Positions 11,013 to 20,583 of a stretch of DNA of 58,741 bases are shown here, one piece after another. The translations under genes were made by a program, and so were the position numbers. The first letter of the stretch is position 1. Each line of letters starts with the position of its first letter. This DNA comes from an uncultured Methanosarcinales archaeon (GTDB lineage Archaea > Nanobdellota > Nanobdellia > Woesearchaeales > DSVV01), in contig CAZQHZ010000008.1 of assembly GCA_964593285.1 (NCBI GenBank), forward strand, positions 1 through 58,741, given 5' to 3'. The notes beneath the pieces were generated by a model. That model had not been told where the DNA came from. It made no database searches and was given only the letters and a program-made list of their open reading frames with translations.

Positions 11013-12224
11013 ATGACTAAAACAAATGAAAATTATATCAAAGAAATTTTAAAAGAACATTCTGGTTATTATGGAATAAATAGAGGAGAATTTGCATTAG
11101 TTTCTTGTAGAAATGGAAGAATTACTGAATCAAAAATTAAAAAACATCTAGAAGATATTTGCACCGATAGAAAAGAAAATATTATCAAAAAATATGATGA
11201 AACTAAAAAAATTTCTGATTATGAATATAGACAATTACAATTAATTAACTATATTGACAGAAACGGTGTTAAAATTATTGATTCAGAAATAAGAGATTTT
11301 AAAGATGGTGAAATCAAATTAAAAATTGATGATTCAATTACTGGAAAAGATGTATATGTAATACAAAATACACTAAATCCACGAATGCCACAATACACAA
11401 GTCATAATATTTTAGAATTAGAATTGATGGTTGATGCACTTTTAAGATCAGAATCTGCACATGTCAACTTAATTTTACCATACATGAGTTATTCTAAACA
11501 AGAGAGAAGACAAGGACGTGAACCTATATCTGCAAAAAGATTAATAGACAAAATTGTTGATTGTGGAGCTGAAAGAATTACTACAATGGACTTACATGCT
11601 GATGCAATTGAAGGATTTACTAGTTCAAAAAACTGTAGAATCCAAAATTTATATGCATCAAGCATTCTTTTAAATTATTTTATAGATGATTTAAATTTAG
11701 ATTGTATCTGGATTGCACCAGACCCTGGTGCTGGAAAAAAAGTAAAGCATTATTCAAAAGTTACAGGCTACCCAATGGCTCTTGGATATAAATATCGAGA
11801 TCCTGAAAAAATGCATGAAATAGAAGAACAAAAATTACTTGGAAAAATTAAAGGGAAAAATGTTGCAATAATTGATGATCAAACTGCAGGTAGTTCAACA
11901 ATGTTAGAAATGGCTAAAACTGCAAAAAATTTTGGTGCAAATAAAATTTATTGTGGTGTAACTCATGGAATGCTTTTAGAAGATGGTGAATACAAATTTA
12001 AAGAAGCTAAAAAAAATAATATAATAGAGAGTTTAGTAATGACGGACACATTAATTCAACCGCAAGATTTTCTTGAAAGAAATAAAGATTGGCTTGTTGT
12101 AAAAGATGCACTGCACATGTTTGCAGATGCCATATTTGAAACCCATGTAAATGGAAGCATCAGTAGACTTTACAAATTAAGTTTAAGACGCTCAATGTAT
12201 GGAAAAAGACATAAATCTTTATAA
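11013..12224 (+). CDS. prs: ribose-phosphate pyrophosphokinase with N-terminal extension
   Basis: FKDGEI, LPYMSYSKQER, REPISAK, TMDLHA, APDPGA, IIDD, THG. Confidence 0.88.
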   Translation: MTKTNENYIKEILKEHSGYYGINRGEFALVSCRNGRITESKIKKHLEDICTDRKENIIKKYDETKKISDYEYRQLQLINYIDRNGVKIIDSEIRDFKDGEIKLKIDDSITGKDVYVIQNTLNPRMPQYTSHNILELELMVDALLRSESAHVNLILPYMSYSKQERRQGREPISAKRLIDKIVDCGAERITTMDLHADAIEGFTSSKNCRIQNLYASSILLNYFIDDLNLDCIWIAPDPGAGKKVKHYSKVTGYPMALGYKYRDPEKMHEIEEQKLLGKIKGKNVAIIDDQTAGSSTMLEMAKTAKNFGANKIYCGVTHGMLLEDGEYKFKEAKKNNIIESLVMTDTLIQPQDFLERNKDWLVVKDALHMFADAIFETHVNGSISRLYKLSLRRSMYGKRHKSL

Positions 12225-13823
12225 TTAAAAATTGTTTATAGATAATTGACCCTTTCGTTTATTTTTTAAAACAACATTAATTTTCTCTCCAACTTGTTCT
12301 TTTAAATCTTTTGCAATTCTTGGACCAATTAATGATGATAAAGAAGAATAATCAATAGTTTTTATGTCTTTAATATCTTTAATACGATTATTAAATAATT
12401 TTCTAGCTCTATTTCTACCAATATTTTTAAATCTAAGTAATAATAGTAATTCTTCTTTTACTCCATATTTTATTCTAATTCTTAATTTATTTAATTTATT
12501 TAATAATTCAGTTATATTAAGTAATTTTGCAATTTCAATACATGAATATAAAAGCCAATCACAAATATTAATTTTATAATTAATTTCTCCTGGTCTAATA
12601 TTATATTTTTCAAGTATTTCATCTTCATTCATCTCATCAACCCAATCTAAAAAAAAACAACTAGTTTTAACTGTATCTAAAAAAATATCAAAATCATAAC
12701 TATAACTATCAGAAATTTTAGTTATAATAGAGTTTTCATTTTTCATAAGAAAATTATTATAAAAATCATATTCTTTATTTTTTACTCTAAGTAATGGTCT
12801 TATTTCATTAGAATTACAAATCATTTGGATAAAAGAGAAATCATTAATAGTTTTATTTTTTTGATTTTTCATAGCTAAAATAAAATTATTTGCAGTTAAT
12901 GGATCAATGTATAATTGTGAAATTCTTTTTCCAATCTTTGTTGAATAAAAATTTTCATCTTCAATTTCATTTGCATCTACAAAATCATTATCAAAATCCC
13001 CATCACTTGATGAATTTATAAAATTATAATCTTTTAATAATTTTAGCATTTTATTAATTATTTTCTCAAGTTCATTCATGTCTTCATATTGGTATGCCCA
13101 AAATGTTTTTGAAAAAAAATTAATAATTTGTTTTTTATTTTTAACAAAATTATTTGAAATTAAAGATAAAAGATAAAATCTAAGTGCAGGTTCAACTGCA
13201 ATTTTTGAATAAATTTTTTCAGGTTTTCCATTAATATAATTATCAATTAAAAATTCTTTTTCATTTTCATTTTTACATATAATTATCGCTTGTCCTATTT
13301 TATCAAAATTAGGCCTACCAGCTCTACCAGACATCTGCATAAATTCTAAAACAGGTATATAATCCATCCCATTTTTAGTATATCTTTTAGTATCTTTAAT
13401 AATTGATCTAAATGCAGGTAAATCAACACCTGCTGCAAGTGTTGGTGTTGCACAAATTATTTTTATTGTTCCTTTTAAAAAATTATCTTGAATTAAATCT
13501 TTTTGTTTTTGAGTTAAACCAGAATGATGAAAAGCAATACCTTTTTTTACACATAAAGAAAGTCGTTTACATTGTTTTGTTGGTTTTGAAATACTATCTA
13601 AAATATCATTTGATAAAACCATTAAATTATCTTTATTAATTAATTTTATATTTTTTTTAGAAATTTCTTCAGCTGTTTTTTCTGCAGAATTTTTAGTATT
13701 TACAAAAATTATTGCTTGTTTATTTAAATTAATTGTATCAATTCCAATATTTATAGATTGATCTTTATGAATATCATCAATATCAATTTTTAACAAATCT
13801 TTATTTACATCAGAATTAACCAT
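12225..13823 (-). CDS. hel308: Hel308/Ski2-like helicase lacking the N-terminal RecA1 domain
   Basis: IIFVNTK, GIAFHHSGL, ATPTLAAGVDLPA, QMSGRAGRP, LYIDP, RIKYGVKEEL, GRNRAR HhH; no Walker A or DExH. Confidence 0.8.
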   Translation of the reverse strand: MVNSDVNKDLLKIDIDDIHKDQSINIGIDTINLNKQAIIFVNTKNSAEKTAEEISKKNIKLINKDNLMVLSNDILDSISKPTKQCKRLSLCVKKGIAFHHSGLTQKQKDLIQDNFLKGTIKIICATPTLAAGVDLPAFRSIIKDTKRYTKNGMDYIPVLEFMQMSGRAGRPNFDKIGQAIIICKNENEKEFLIDNYINGKPEKIYSKIAVEPALRFYLLSLISNNFVKNKKQIINFFSKTFWAYQYEDMNELEKIINKMLKLLKDYNFINSSSDGDFDNDFVDANEIEDENFYSTKIGKRISQLYIDPLTANNFILAMKNQKNKTINDFSFIQMICNSNEIRPLLRVKNKEYDFYNNFLMKNENSIITKISDSYSYDFDIFLDTVKTSCFFLDWVDEMNEDEILEKYNIRPGEINYKINICDWLLYSCIEIAKLLNITELLNKLNKLRIRIKYGVKEELLLLLRFKNIGRNRARKLFNNRIKDIKDIKTIDYSSLSSLIGPRIAKDLKEQVGEKINVVLKNKRKGQLSINNF

Positions 13824-13870
13824 GTTAAATATAAAATAACTAATTATTTAAATTAGTTTAGAAAAAATTA

Positions 13871-15369
13871 TCAAAGTTTTTTCAAATTTTCAATAAATTC
13901 ATTTAAATCATTAATTTTTTCGAATCTTTCTGAAACATCTTTTCCTTTAACAAAATGAAGCCATTGTGCAAAATCATTTTGATTTTCATTAACATACTCT
14001 GAAAATGTGTCTTCATTCATTTCTTTTAATGCATCTATTAAATTTCTAATGCTTTTAATAACAGTCCCATCATGCAAAGAAAAATGATAATCAGGATTTA
14101 CTTCCTCATCAATTGAGCTTTCATTATCTACATCTTCTTTTGCTTCTTCTTTTGCATCTTTTTTTACTTCTTGTGAAGTATCACTTGTATTACCAATTTT
14201 TTCTGATAAATCTTTCATAGTTGAATTTATTTGATCGTCAGTTATTTTTGTATGTTTTTTAATAGATTCAACTACCAATTTATTTACTAATTTTGTTAAA
14301 TTTTCAGTAATTGATTTTTGAAATTTTTCATCTATTTTTTCTTCAACTAACGAAGGTATTTTTTTTAATTCATCTAATACAATTTGAATTTGATCATCAC
14401 TAATTTTTCCACGAATTCCAGATTTATTTATTATTTCTGAAAAATTGTCTTTTTCCTTATTTTCTTCATTTTTAGATTCTGCTTCTTTTTGCTGTTCTTC
14501 TTTTTGGTGTTCTTCTTTTTGTTTTTCTAACTCTTTTTGTTTTTCTAATTCTTTTTGCTTCTCTGCTTCTTTTTGTTTTTCTAATTNNNNNNNNNNNNNN
14601 NNNNNNNNNNNNNNNNNNNNNNNNNNNNNNNNNNNNNNNNNNNNNNNNNNNNNNNNNNNNNNNNNNNNNNNNNNNNNNNNNNNNNNTCTTTTTGTTTTTC
14701 TAATTCTTTTTGCTTCTCTGCTTCTTTTTGTTTTTCTAATTCTTTTTGCTGTTCTTCTTCTTTTTGTTTTTCTTCTTCTTTTTGCTTTTCTAACTCTTTT
14801 TGTTTTTCTTCTTCTTTTTGTTTTTCTAACTCTTTTTGTTTTTCTTCTTCTTTTTCATCGCTTTCAATTGATGATAAATCTGGAATATTCACGTTACCAT
14901 CATTTTTTTGATTTTGATCTAAAGCTGATTGTTCATCATTTTCAATAAATGGATTAAATCTATTTGTCACAACTTCATACAAACCCATAAATTTCTCCAT
15001 ATTTTTTTCAATAAATTCAAGTCTAGAATTAAACTTATCTACAACATTTTTAATATCTGAAATTGAAGAAATATTTGTTTTTAATTTTGTCTCAATTTGT
15101 TTGATTTTTACATTAAGATTATTATCAATTTCAATTAGTTCCTTAATTTGCTGCATTATCAAATTAGTTATTCTTTCATTTTCTTCAACTCTTTCAGGAT
15201 CAACATATACTTCATTTTGAGAATCTTGTTTTGAATTGTTTTTTTGCATAGAATCATCTTTATTTTGTGTGTTTGTAGAATGATTTTCTGAAGCAATTTC
15301 TTTAAATTTATTTCGTAATTTTTTTAACTCTTCATCATCAATTTCTTTTTTTTTATCAAAAAAACCCAT
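13871..15369 (-). CDS. flaC: ArlC/FlaC-domain protein with EKQK repeat linker and C-terminal DUF5752-like domain (one gene across the N gap)
   Basis: IEKNMEKFMGLYEVVTNRFNPF matches the FlaC signature; frame of ORF 13871..14278 stays open upstream to the gap; C-terminal FSLHDG..IKSIRNL..YVNENQNDFAQW. Confidence 0.7.
14480..14855 (-). repeat. coding tandem repeats (EKQKELEKQKEEE) with N gap 14587-14686
   Basis: repeated 18-nt units on both sides of the gap. Confidence 0.85.
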
Positions 15370-15480
15370 TTTTAAACCATATCTATCTAAATGTTTTATC
15401 TTTTATTTTTACAATCATTTATAGCTTTAAATAATTTATTCACTATTATCAAATAAAAAATAAAGAAATAAACTGTTTTA

Positions 15481-16473
15481 TTAACCAACAGGCCACAAAG
15501 TAATTCTTCGAGTTTGGATAGTATTTGGTGTTTTAGCTTGAATTCTAGACATTCTTCCATGTTCAGAAGTTATTATAAAACTAAAATCTTGGCCAATGAA
15601 TAATTTATTATCATCTTTTAATTTAAATTTCAATAATAATACTTCTCCACTACCTAAAACCACATCATTATTTCCATGTAATACTTCAAAGCAAAAAAAT
15701 TCTTCAGTTGGCAATGTATCAAAATTACATTTACCCATGTGGTGTTTTGATAATTCTAAATAATTTTCAGATTTAGTTAAATCAATTGTACTATTTTCTG
15801 TTATATTCAAATATCCATGAAAATAACCATAATAAAATCCATCTTGTCCAATTATTGGTTCATCATACAATTCAATAATTCTTGATTGTGACAAATCTTC
15901 TAAATTATAACCTAAATTTATTTTTGCATGATCAACATCATTGTCTGTAAAATTTACAATAAGATATGTTAAATCATCAATTGTTTTAAAACTTAATGTT
16001 TCAACTTTATTATCTTCATTTAAATCCCATAAATCTATTGCACTTGTATTAGTTATAACAACAGATGAAACATTATCATAAAAGGTATCACTACTAAAAG
16101 AATATTCATCATATAATTCATAATTCAATGTAGGATGTGTTAATTTTGCACCTGCATGTTGCTCTGGACCAATAAACGATAAATCTAAACCCTTCATCTG
16201 TATTGGATCAGATCCTGCATCTAATCTAATCATTATTTCTATGTTATTTAATGATTCTTCAACTTTATCACCATAAGCAACAACCGATACAACTTCAACA
16301 GCATTAGTAATTTTTTGTCTTGCTTCTTGACCTGTAATTAAAGCTCTTTGTTGTAGAACTCCTGAAGTTGAAATCAAAACTCCTGCAGCAACCGCTGCGA
16401 CAAGAATAGTAGCAATAAAAATTATTAATGTCCCTATTCCCATAATAGCCTTCTTTCGTTTACTTAGTGACAT
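15481..16473 (-). CDS. flaB: archaellin 2, long form (330 aa)
   Basis: KKA/IMGIGTLIIFIATILVAAVAAGVLI; RLDAGSDPI; C-terminal TPNTIQTRRITLWP. Confidence 0.88.
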   Translation of the reverse strand: MSLSKRKKAIMGIGTLIIFIATILVAAVAAGVLISTSGVLQQRALITGQEARQKITNAVEVVSVVAYGDKVEESLNNIEIMIRLDAGSDPIQMKGLDLSFIGPEQHAGAKLTHPTLNYELYDEYSFSSDTFYDNVSSVVITNTSAIDLWDLNEDNKVETLSFKTIDDLTYLIVNFTDNDVDHAKINLGYNLEDLSQSRIIELYDEPIIGQDGFYYGYFHGYLNITENSTIDLTKSENYLELSKHHMGKCNFDTLPTEEFFCFEVLHGNNDVVLGSGEVLLLKFKLKDDNKLFIGQDFSFIITSEHGRMSRIQAKTPNTIQTRRITLWPVG

Positions 16474-16499
16474 ATTAATAAATAATCTTCACAAATAAC

Positions 16500-16515
16500 T
16501 ATATAAATCTTTCGG
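16500..16515 (-). promoter_or_regulatory. BRE/TATA promoter of archaellin 2 (probably near-leaderless transcript)
   Basis: minus strand CCGAAAGATTTATATA about 27 nt upstream of the ATG. Confidence 0.55.
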
Positions 16516-16851
16516 TTATAATTCAAAAAAAAGACTTTTTTTTAGGAATTTTCTCAATTTCACCATCAATTATGGACGAAATTTTAATTAATAATTAAAA
16601 TAAATTTTCATATAAAAATTTATTATATTAAAATATTAAATAAATAATTTAATTATCTATATTACTTCATAAAAATAATATTAATAATATTATTATATAT
16701 AAAAAATATAAATTAACAAAAAAACATATTAAAAAAATTTCATCAACAACNNNNNNNNNNNNNNNNNNNNNNNNNNNNNNNNNNNNNNNNNNNNNNNNNN
16801 NNNNNNNNNNNNNNNNNNNNNNNNNNNNNNNNNNNNNNNNNNNNNNNNNNA

Positions 16852-17314
16852 ATTGATATAAATGATTTACTTCTTCATTTGCAGCACTTTCATGCTTTGA
16901 TGTATTAATAGGATAAATCCATTTATCAAAAACAGCTCTTAAGAAAAAAAACCAAGGTTTACCTTCCCATCGTCCAGCATAATCAGTAATATAATAACCA
17001 GTTAAACTAACAACTACTTTTCCTTGATTCATTAAAACATCTAAATTATCTTGCTTAATCATCACATCTTTCATATTTTTTACAATAATATTAATTTTTA
17101 TATTTACTCTATCATAATCTGTAAATGCTTTTGTTGGCTGTGTTTCAACAAAAATTTCTCTCCCCGTTTTTAAAATTTGTTCATGATTAATTTTTTCTTG
17201 TTTATCATAACCTCTCTCTTTAGTCCAATGTTCAATAACATCATATAAGTCATTCAATCTAAACAAACCTTCATACTTTATTTTCAAAGTTGCTATAGTT
17301 CTTCTTTCTGGCAT
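16852..17314 (-). CDS. conserved hypothetical protein (paralog family), 3' end lost in N gap 16751-16850
   Basis: KIKYEGLF..DLYDVIEHW..RGY..E; similar to 17340..17831 and 50562..51143. Confidence 0.75.
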
Positions 17315-17339
17315 TTTTTTTACAATATTATTTTTTTAT

Positions 17340-17831
17340 TTAAAAATATTTTCCAACAGTATTAAAATTTAAAAAATCTTTAAGATAATTTGCAAGCCCT
17401 TGCAATCGATAATGCATATCATCTTCCCATATTACATCATATCGCTGTTTTATTACTTTACTTTCCATAAACTCTTGTAATTTTTTTGTAAATGTTGATT
17501 GATTAAATTGACCCGCAAAATCTTTTTCTATCTTACCATCCACTGTAATATGAATTGCTCCTTTAATCATCTGTTTTTTTTCACTATTTTCTTCAACTTC
17601 AACAACATTAGCATCATAAATATGTAAATATACATCAACATTTACTCGATGATATTCAGTTTCATTATACCATCCACGAATACCATATTCTTCTTCAGCT
17701 CCAAAATCTGTACTTTTTGATTTAGTTAAATAAAAATAATGTTCATAGTCACCTGCACTAAACCAATCTAAAACAGCTTGAACCAATTTTTTTTGATCAA
17801 ATACACCTTTATGTCTAATATGTATGACCAT
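17340..17831 (-). CDS. conserved hypothetical protein (paralog family)
   Basis: HIRHKGVF..LVQAVLDWF..GDY; tandem with its paralog. Confidence 0.78.
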   Translation of the reverse strand: MVIHIRHKGVFDQKKLVQAVLDWFSAGDYEHYFYLTKSKSTDFGAEEEYGIRGWYNETEYHRVNVDVYLHIYDANVVEVEENSEKKQMIKGAIHITVDGKIEKDFAGQFNQSTFTKKLQEFMESKVIKQRYDVIWEDDMHYRLQGLANYLKDFLNFNTVGKYF

Positions 17832-18011
17832 TTTTTTATTTATTTAAAATAGTTTATTTAAAACTTTCGAAAAAATAAATTAATTTGTATCTTTTAAGAA
17901 AAAATAATGTAAAATACTAAATATTTAATTATTTAAAAATAATTTAATCTATATTTTATTTGAAATAGAACTAATATAAATATAATAATTTTATTTTAAA
18001 AATAAATACAA

Positions 18012-18140
18012 TTATTCTTCCATCATAAATTCATCTAATTCAAAACTTGAATAACTTTTTCTATTCAACATAGATTTTAAATCATCTTTATCTTTATTTT
18101 TATTATCTAATGTTTCAATAACTACTAACTCTTCATTCAT
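18012..18140 (-). CDS. small acidic protein (42 aa), not in ORF track
   Basis: MNEELVVIETLD...ELDEFMMEE preceded by RBS-like GGGGGTG. Confidence 0.45.
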   Translation of the reverse strand: MNEELVVIETLDNKNKDKDDLKSMLNRKSYSSFELDEFMMEE

Positions 18141-18176
18141 TGCAAACACCCCCAAAATTGTTAAAATGAATAAAAT

Positions 18177-18302
18177 TTAACCAGCAAACCATGGATCCCG
18201 CCATTTATCGGTTTTTTTCCACTTTTTTGAATTATCCTTTTTTGCTATTTCAGGTATTATTATATCTGAAAAAAGTCTTGTATCTGTTTTGCTTCTTTTC
18301 AT
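18177..18302 (-). CDS. small basic Trp-rich protein (41 aa), not in ORF track
   Basis: MKRSKTDTRLFSDIIIPE...KWRDPWFAG; TATA-like TTTATAAA about 25 nt upstream. Confidence 0.45.
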   Translation of the reverse strand: MKRSKTDTRLFSDIIIPEIAKKDNSKKWKKTDKWRDPWFAG

Positions 18303-18564
18303 TTTATATATTAAAATTTATACTCCTTTATAAATCTTTTGTTTTTTTTTACTTTTAAGGAACAAAATTTGTAAATATTATTCTCAAAACAAAATAACTT
18401 TTAAAAAATTATAATATAAATTTAAACAAAAATATAATAATAAATTTTTTTTTAATACAATACAAATAAAAAAATACAAATAATTAATAAATTTACTACA
18501 AAATATTTATCATGTTGTGACAAAAAACAAATATTTTAATAATTTAATAGTTTTCATAATTGAT

Positions 18565-20493
18565 ATGAAAATTATACATTCATTTAATCATATAAAAATT
18601 GAAAAAATAACAAATGAAGAAAATATTGGATTTATAATTACAAACAAAATAGGTGGATTTTTTTCTTTAGGATTGATTGAAAATTTCACAAAATACAATG
18701 GATGTTTTATTTCATTTGAAAACAATGATGGTTTTGATTTAATTAAAACAATTGAATCAATAAAATTATCAAATATCAATTTAGAAAATATAGATAATAA
18801 TAAAATTTCATTAATAAATAATTACGGCAATTATACAAAAAAAACACAAGACATTACAGAATCATATAATTTTAAAGAAAATATTTTATTTTATGAAGTA
18901 AATAATTATAATGGATTTATAGATATTTTCTTTGATAAAAGAAAAATTTATGATTTTCATGATGAGGGTAGAATATATAAAATTTATAAAGAAAAAAATG
19001 CATTAATTGTAGAATATACAAAGTATGATAATAATTCATTAACAAATGAATGTTATAAAATATTTACTGTTATTTTAGGTTTTAATGAATATTCAATAAA
19101 CAATCAATGGATTGAAAAAATTTATGAATATGATAAATCTAGAGAAATTAATTTTAAACCAATGTACATTTACAATGCATTAAAATTAAAAGTGGATAAT
19201 AATTTAAAATTAATATTTTGCTCTTCTAAAAATAAAAATGAAGCTATATTAAAAGCAAAATTATATTATGAAAATTTTAATACATATATTTCTAAAATTG
19301 AACAAAAAAAAAAAAAATTTTTAGAAAATAAATTAAATAATTTAGAAAATAAAAATATAAAAAACAACTTAAATTTTAAAGATAATGAAGAACTAATGGC
19401 ATACATATGTGCACAAAATTCTCTTAGTTCATTAATTACTACAATTGATGAAAAAAAAGGAATTTTTGCAGGACTTGGTTGGTTTCATCAATTTTGGACA
19501 AGAGATGAAGCAATATCAACTAAAGCACTAATTATAAACAAAGAATACACATTAGCAAAAAAAATACTTCTCCGCCACCTCGATTATATTTTAGAGGATG
19601 GAAGAATAAGTAATAGATGGCCAAAATCAATGCTTGGAAGTGCAGACGGTGTTGGCTGGACTTTTAAAAGAATTCATGATTTAATTTACAAATTAAATTG
19701 TGAAAAATTATTACATAAATACATTGATAATAATGAATTTAATAAAATAAAAAAGTGCCTAAGAAAAAGTATAGTTTCAATTTTAAATAATTATTCAAAA
19801 GATGGCCTAATTTATAATCATAAGCTTGAAACCTGGATGGATACTGCTTATAATTTAGATTATCGAAGTGGTTTTAGAATAGAAATTCAAGCATTAATGC
19901 TTTCAATGTACAAATTAATGAGATTACTATGTTTAATCACAAAAAATACCAAAAAATATGAGTTATATGCAAAAAATGAATTAATTACTAAAGAAAAAAT
20001 AAAAAAATTATTTTTTAAAGATTCTATTTTATATGATGAATTAAATGATCCAACACAAAGACCAAATGTTTTTTTAACACACTACATATATCCTAAATTA
20101 TTTAAAAAAAATGAATGGAAAATTATTTTTAAAAATGCATTAAAAAAATTATGGCTTGATTTTGGTGGAATTGCAACAATTGATAAAAACCATAATTTAT
20201 TTTTTAAAGAGCATACTGGTGAAAACAATTTTAGTTACCATCGAGGAGATAGTTGGTATTTTATAAATAATATTACAGCAATTTCATTATATAAAATTGA
20301 TAAAAATTTATTTAAAGAAGAAATTGAAAAAATATTAAATGCATCTGTTAATGATATTTTATATAAAGGATTTATTGGAAATTCATCAGAACTTAGCAGT
20401 GCATCAAAACAAGAAGCAAAAGCGAGTTTAATGCAAGCATGGTCTGCATCTACTTTAATTGAGTTATTTAATAAAATTAGAAAAAATAATTAA
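18565..20493 (+). CDS. amylo-alpha-1,6-glucosidase (glycogen debranching enzyme family)
   Basis: IFAGLGWFHQFWTRDEAIS, ETWMD, RIEIQAL, RPN, YHRGDSW, SEL, QAWSA; ATG at 18565 preferred over GTG at 18517. Confidence 0.88.
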   Translation: MKIIHSFNHIKIEKITNEENIGFIITNKIGGFFSLGLIENFTKYNGCFISFENNDGFDLIKTIESIKLSNINLENIDNNKISLINNYGNYTKKTQDITESYNFKENILFYEVNNYNGFIDIFFDKRKIYDFHDEGRIYKIYKEKNALIVEYTKYDNNSLTNECYKIFTVILGFNEYSINNQWIEKIYEYDKSREINFKPMYIYNALKLKVDNNLKLIFCSSKNKNEAILKAKLYYENFNTYISKIEQKKKKFLENKLNNLENKNIKNNLNFKDNEELMAYICAQNSLSSLITTIDEKKGIFAGLGWFHQFWTRDEAISTKALIINKEYTLAKKILLRHLDYILEDGRISNRWPKSMLGSADGVGWTFKRIHDLIYKLNCEKLLHKYIDNNEFNKIKKCLRKSIVSILNNYSKDGLIYNHKLETWMDTAYNLDYRSGFRIEIQALMLSMYKLMRLLCLITKNTKKYELYAKNELITKEKIKKLFFKDSILYDELNDPTQRPNVFLTHYIYPKLFKKNEWKIIFKNALKKLWLDFGGIATIDKNHNLFFKEHTGENNFSYHRGDSWYFINNITAISLYKIDKNLFKEEIEKILNASVNDILYKGFIGNSSELSSASKQEAKASLMQAWSASTLIELFNKIRKNN

Positions 20494-20583
20494 TTTATTT
20501 TTAACTAAAATTAATTTTAAAAAACTAATAGTAATATAAAATTTTTAACAAATTATTTAAATGCAAAAATCTATTTACCAACA

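Noticed and set aside
14480..14855. Repeats as a CRISPR array
   Set aside because: In-frame coding repeats without unique spacers; no cas genes
14445..14948. Hydrophobic plus-strand ORF
   Set aside because: Antisense shadow of the EKQK repeats
16667..16750. C-terminus given for ORF 16667..17314
   Set aside because: Read through an N gap of arbitrary length; the true stop is unknown
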